DNA of 64,000 bases from Yuukianura sp. NJ FZ-2021 (lineage: Eukaryota), in assembly GCA_046563655.1 (NCBI GenBank), contig CM102287.1:2418001-2482000 (forward strand), written 5' to 3'. The stretch's first letter is position 1, and the number at the start of each line of letters is the position of its first letter. Made by a program: the position numbers and the translations under genes. The notes below the pieces were generated by a model that was not told where the DNA came from, searched no databases, and saw nothing but the letters and a program-made list of their open reading frames with translations. Below, piece by piece: positions 61,901 through 64,000 of this stretch.

Positions 61901-63088
61901 ACACACTTTGGTAGTTGCAAAAAATATTTTGGCGAGTTGGGGCCAACTTGTTGTGCGAGTTTTCATCGCAAAAATGAGCAACAGATTCGATGAAGTGGAA
62001 TGACATGAGAGATGAAGTGGCGACATTGATTGGATCAGGATGGAAGCGACATGAGTCAGAAGGGGCGTCAGCACTAGCCATTTCACATGTGTCGCCATTT
62101 CTAAAAACAATTTCAAAAAGTAAATTTTTTTTAAATTTTCAAAATTTTGAAACTTACAGGTCCTGATACTCTCCAACTAGTGCTGGTTTGCTACATGAAG
62201 ATACTTCCCACAAGTCAGGCGTTTCTCCGAGGTAGAAGTAAGGAAATTTCGAATGGTCAGGATACCCGTGTTCTAAAAATTCAAAATTTTGTTGAAATTT
62301 AAAATTTTGTGAAAATAAAACTAAAAGTTTCAAAAAAAATCGAAATTTCAGTTTTTACCTTCCCAGACTCCATAACGTAGACGAGCCCATAAAGTGAGCA
62401 GTGCCTTCCCTAAATTGAAGAATGAAAAAATTACAATTTCAATTTCTAAAGATGTGTTGTTGAGGAAAATTTGAAATTTTGAAAATTTTAAAAATTTCGT
62501 ACAGCTTGGTCCATATGGTCCAGTGTTGAGTGAGTCAAAAAATGTTTTTGGAAGTTGAATTTGATTTCCAGCGACGCCGCAGGCGTTTGGATTGTCAACG
62601 AACGGAGAAGACGCGTCATTCGACAGCAAAATATCTGCAGTCGCGAAGGACTGACTACAAAAATCACAAAAATTTATAAATTTCAAAAAAATTTACACTT
62701 TTTAGTTTTTTGTTTGAAATTTTGAAAAGTGACCTTATCGCTGGAACTGCTGATGGTACATCCCAGGAACTCGGAATCAAAATATCAGCGAACTTTATAT
62801 GAAAAATTGCCTCTGTCGCTTTTGCCAGTTCATTTGAGAATACTTGCAAAGAGTGCTGCGAAGAAGTTTTTAAAAAATTTCAAAAATTGAAATTTTGAAA
62901 ATTTTTGAAATTTAGTACTTTACCTGTAGATTTTGGATGTATGCGTTGACATCGGATGGTTGTGGAATCTTTTCATCAATTGCTACAACAATGGAGTAAT
63001 CTCCTTGGTCCTTGATCACTGCGCAATCGCACAATCCAATCACCACTCCCACCATCAAACCCACCAAAACCCACTTTGACCTGCCCAT
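58968..63088 (-). CDS. CLCA-family (calcium-activated chloride channel regulator-like) type I membrane protein
   Basis: Signal peptide, YSIVVAIDEKIP, ILIPSSW, WARLRYGVWEEHGYP, SSLMS...FCDENSHNKLAPTRQNIFCNYQSVWEVI, LKDDGAGNPD...DGIYS, Thr/Pro stalk and TM helix. Confidence 0.88.
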
Positions 63089-64000
63089 TTTCAATTTCGA
63101 AATTTTGGAATTTTAGAAAAACGAAGTGAAAACGAACTTACACCTAAACTACTTTCAAATTAGTCAGGAATTCACTTTTGTTGGAAGATTAAAACTTTTT
63201 GTGAAAAAAAGGAGATAAATTAGACAAAAGTCACTTGAAAAAGATCTCCACGCACTCCAGTCGGGATTTCCAGGAAAATTATGGTCGCAAAAAGCGAGAA
63301 AACAAAATTGGAGACAACAAAATCAGATAAAACCAAATCACCGACTCATCAAGTACACTAAAAGTAATCTACAAAATAATTTTTTTTTTGAAATTTACAC
63401 AACTCTATATACATAGGTACATAAAATTGTCGTAAAATGTGTAAAACATAAACAGAATTTGATTTAATTGTCCTGAAATTGTTGTTTTTGTGTCGATGTT
63501 TTTACACTTTGGACTTGACCATGAACCGCTTTTAGTAAATTTGTGTTCAGTTGGTGCTGATTTCATTCTGCTATAATTTTTTTTTGGATTATCGCAGTAT
63601 CAGATTGATAATAGTGAGTTAGGTAATGGTGTCATAAAATTTGCAAAAAGCTTTGGAAATTGCATGGACAAGATAAATTGGCAACTAGTAAAACAATAGG
63701 CAGCAACAACTTTTAGCACTTCTACTTCCATTGACCTCACTTTACTTTGCCCAAAAATTTATGCCATCAGCTTCTACAGAAAAAGATTGTCAAGGCTTAA
63801 TTTTTTAATCTGTGAGGGCATCATGGTTTTAGTCCTTCATACATACAGGTATGTCCAAATATTTCCAGAGGTCTAAAATTTATAAAATTCAAATATTTAC
63901 AAAAAATTTAAAATACCATGATTATAATATAGAGAAAATCAAAGAAATTAAATTTAAAATCAAAGAATTTGATTATACTTTGATTATGTATATTGATTCT

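Overview
Eukaryotic, AT-rich, intron-dense genomic DNA with short GT-AG introns. The gene content is arthropod-like and the style suggests a springtail or similar hexapod, which is my inference only. No prokaryotic features, rRNA, tRNA or CRISPR arrays were recognised. Genes in order: a small secreted orphan, tektin, a SMYD-type SET protein, a six-microexon Cys/Pro-rich microprotein absent from the ORF track, three tandem copies of a secreted Cys-rich protein, a Shisa-like membrane protein, an S28 serine peptidase, PGP, CLYBL, a Gly/Tyr/His-rich secreted peptide, ARMC3-like, GTPBP1, USP16/45-like and a CLCA-like protein. Three observations stand out. (1) A 4.4-kb non-autonomous element (41835-46269) has a 9-10 bp target-site duplication, an empty-site control inside the window, and subterminal inverted repeats; it carries the last exon of CLP1 plus a 163-bp satellite that flips orientation at its own hairpin. 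(2) One ATG-ending exon can splice in frame to either PGP or CLYBL, suggesting two metabolite-repair enzymes from a shared first exon. (3) The 89-aa Cys/Pro microprotein is built from six phase-0 microexons. All gene models were read by eye and are unverified.
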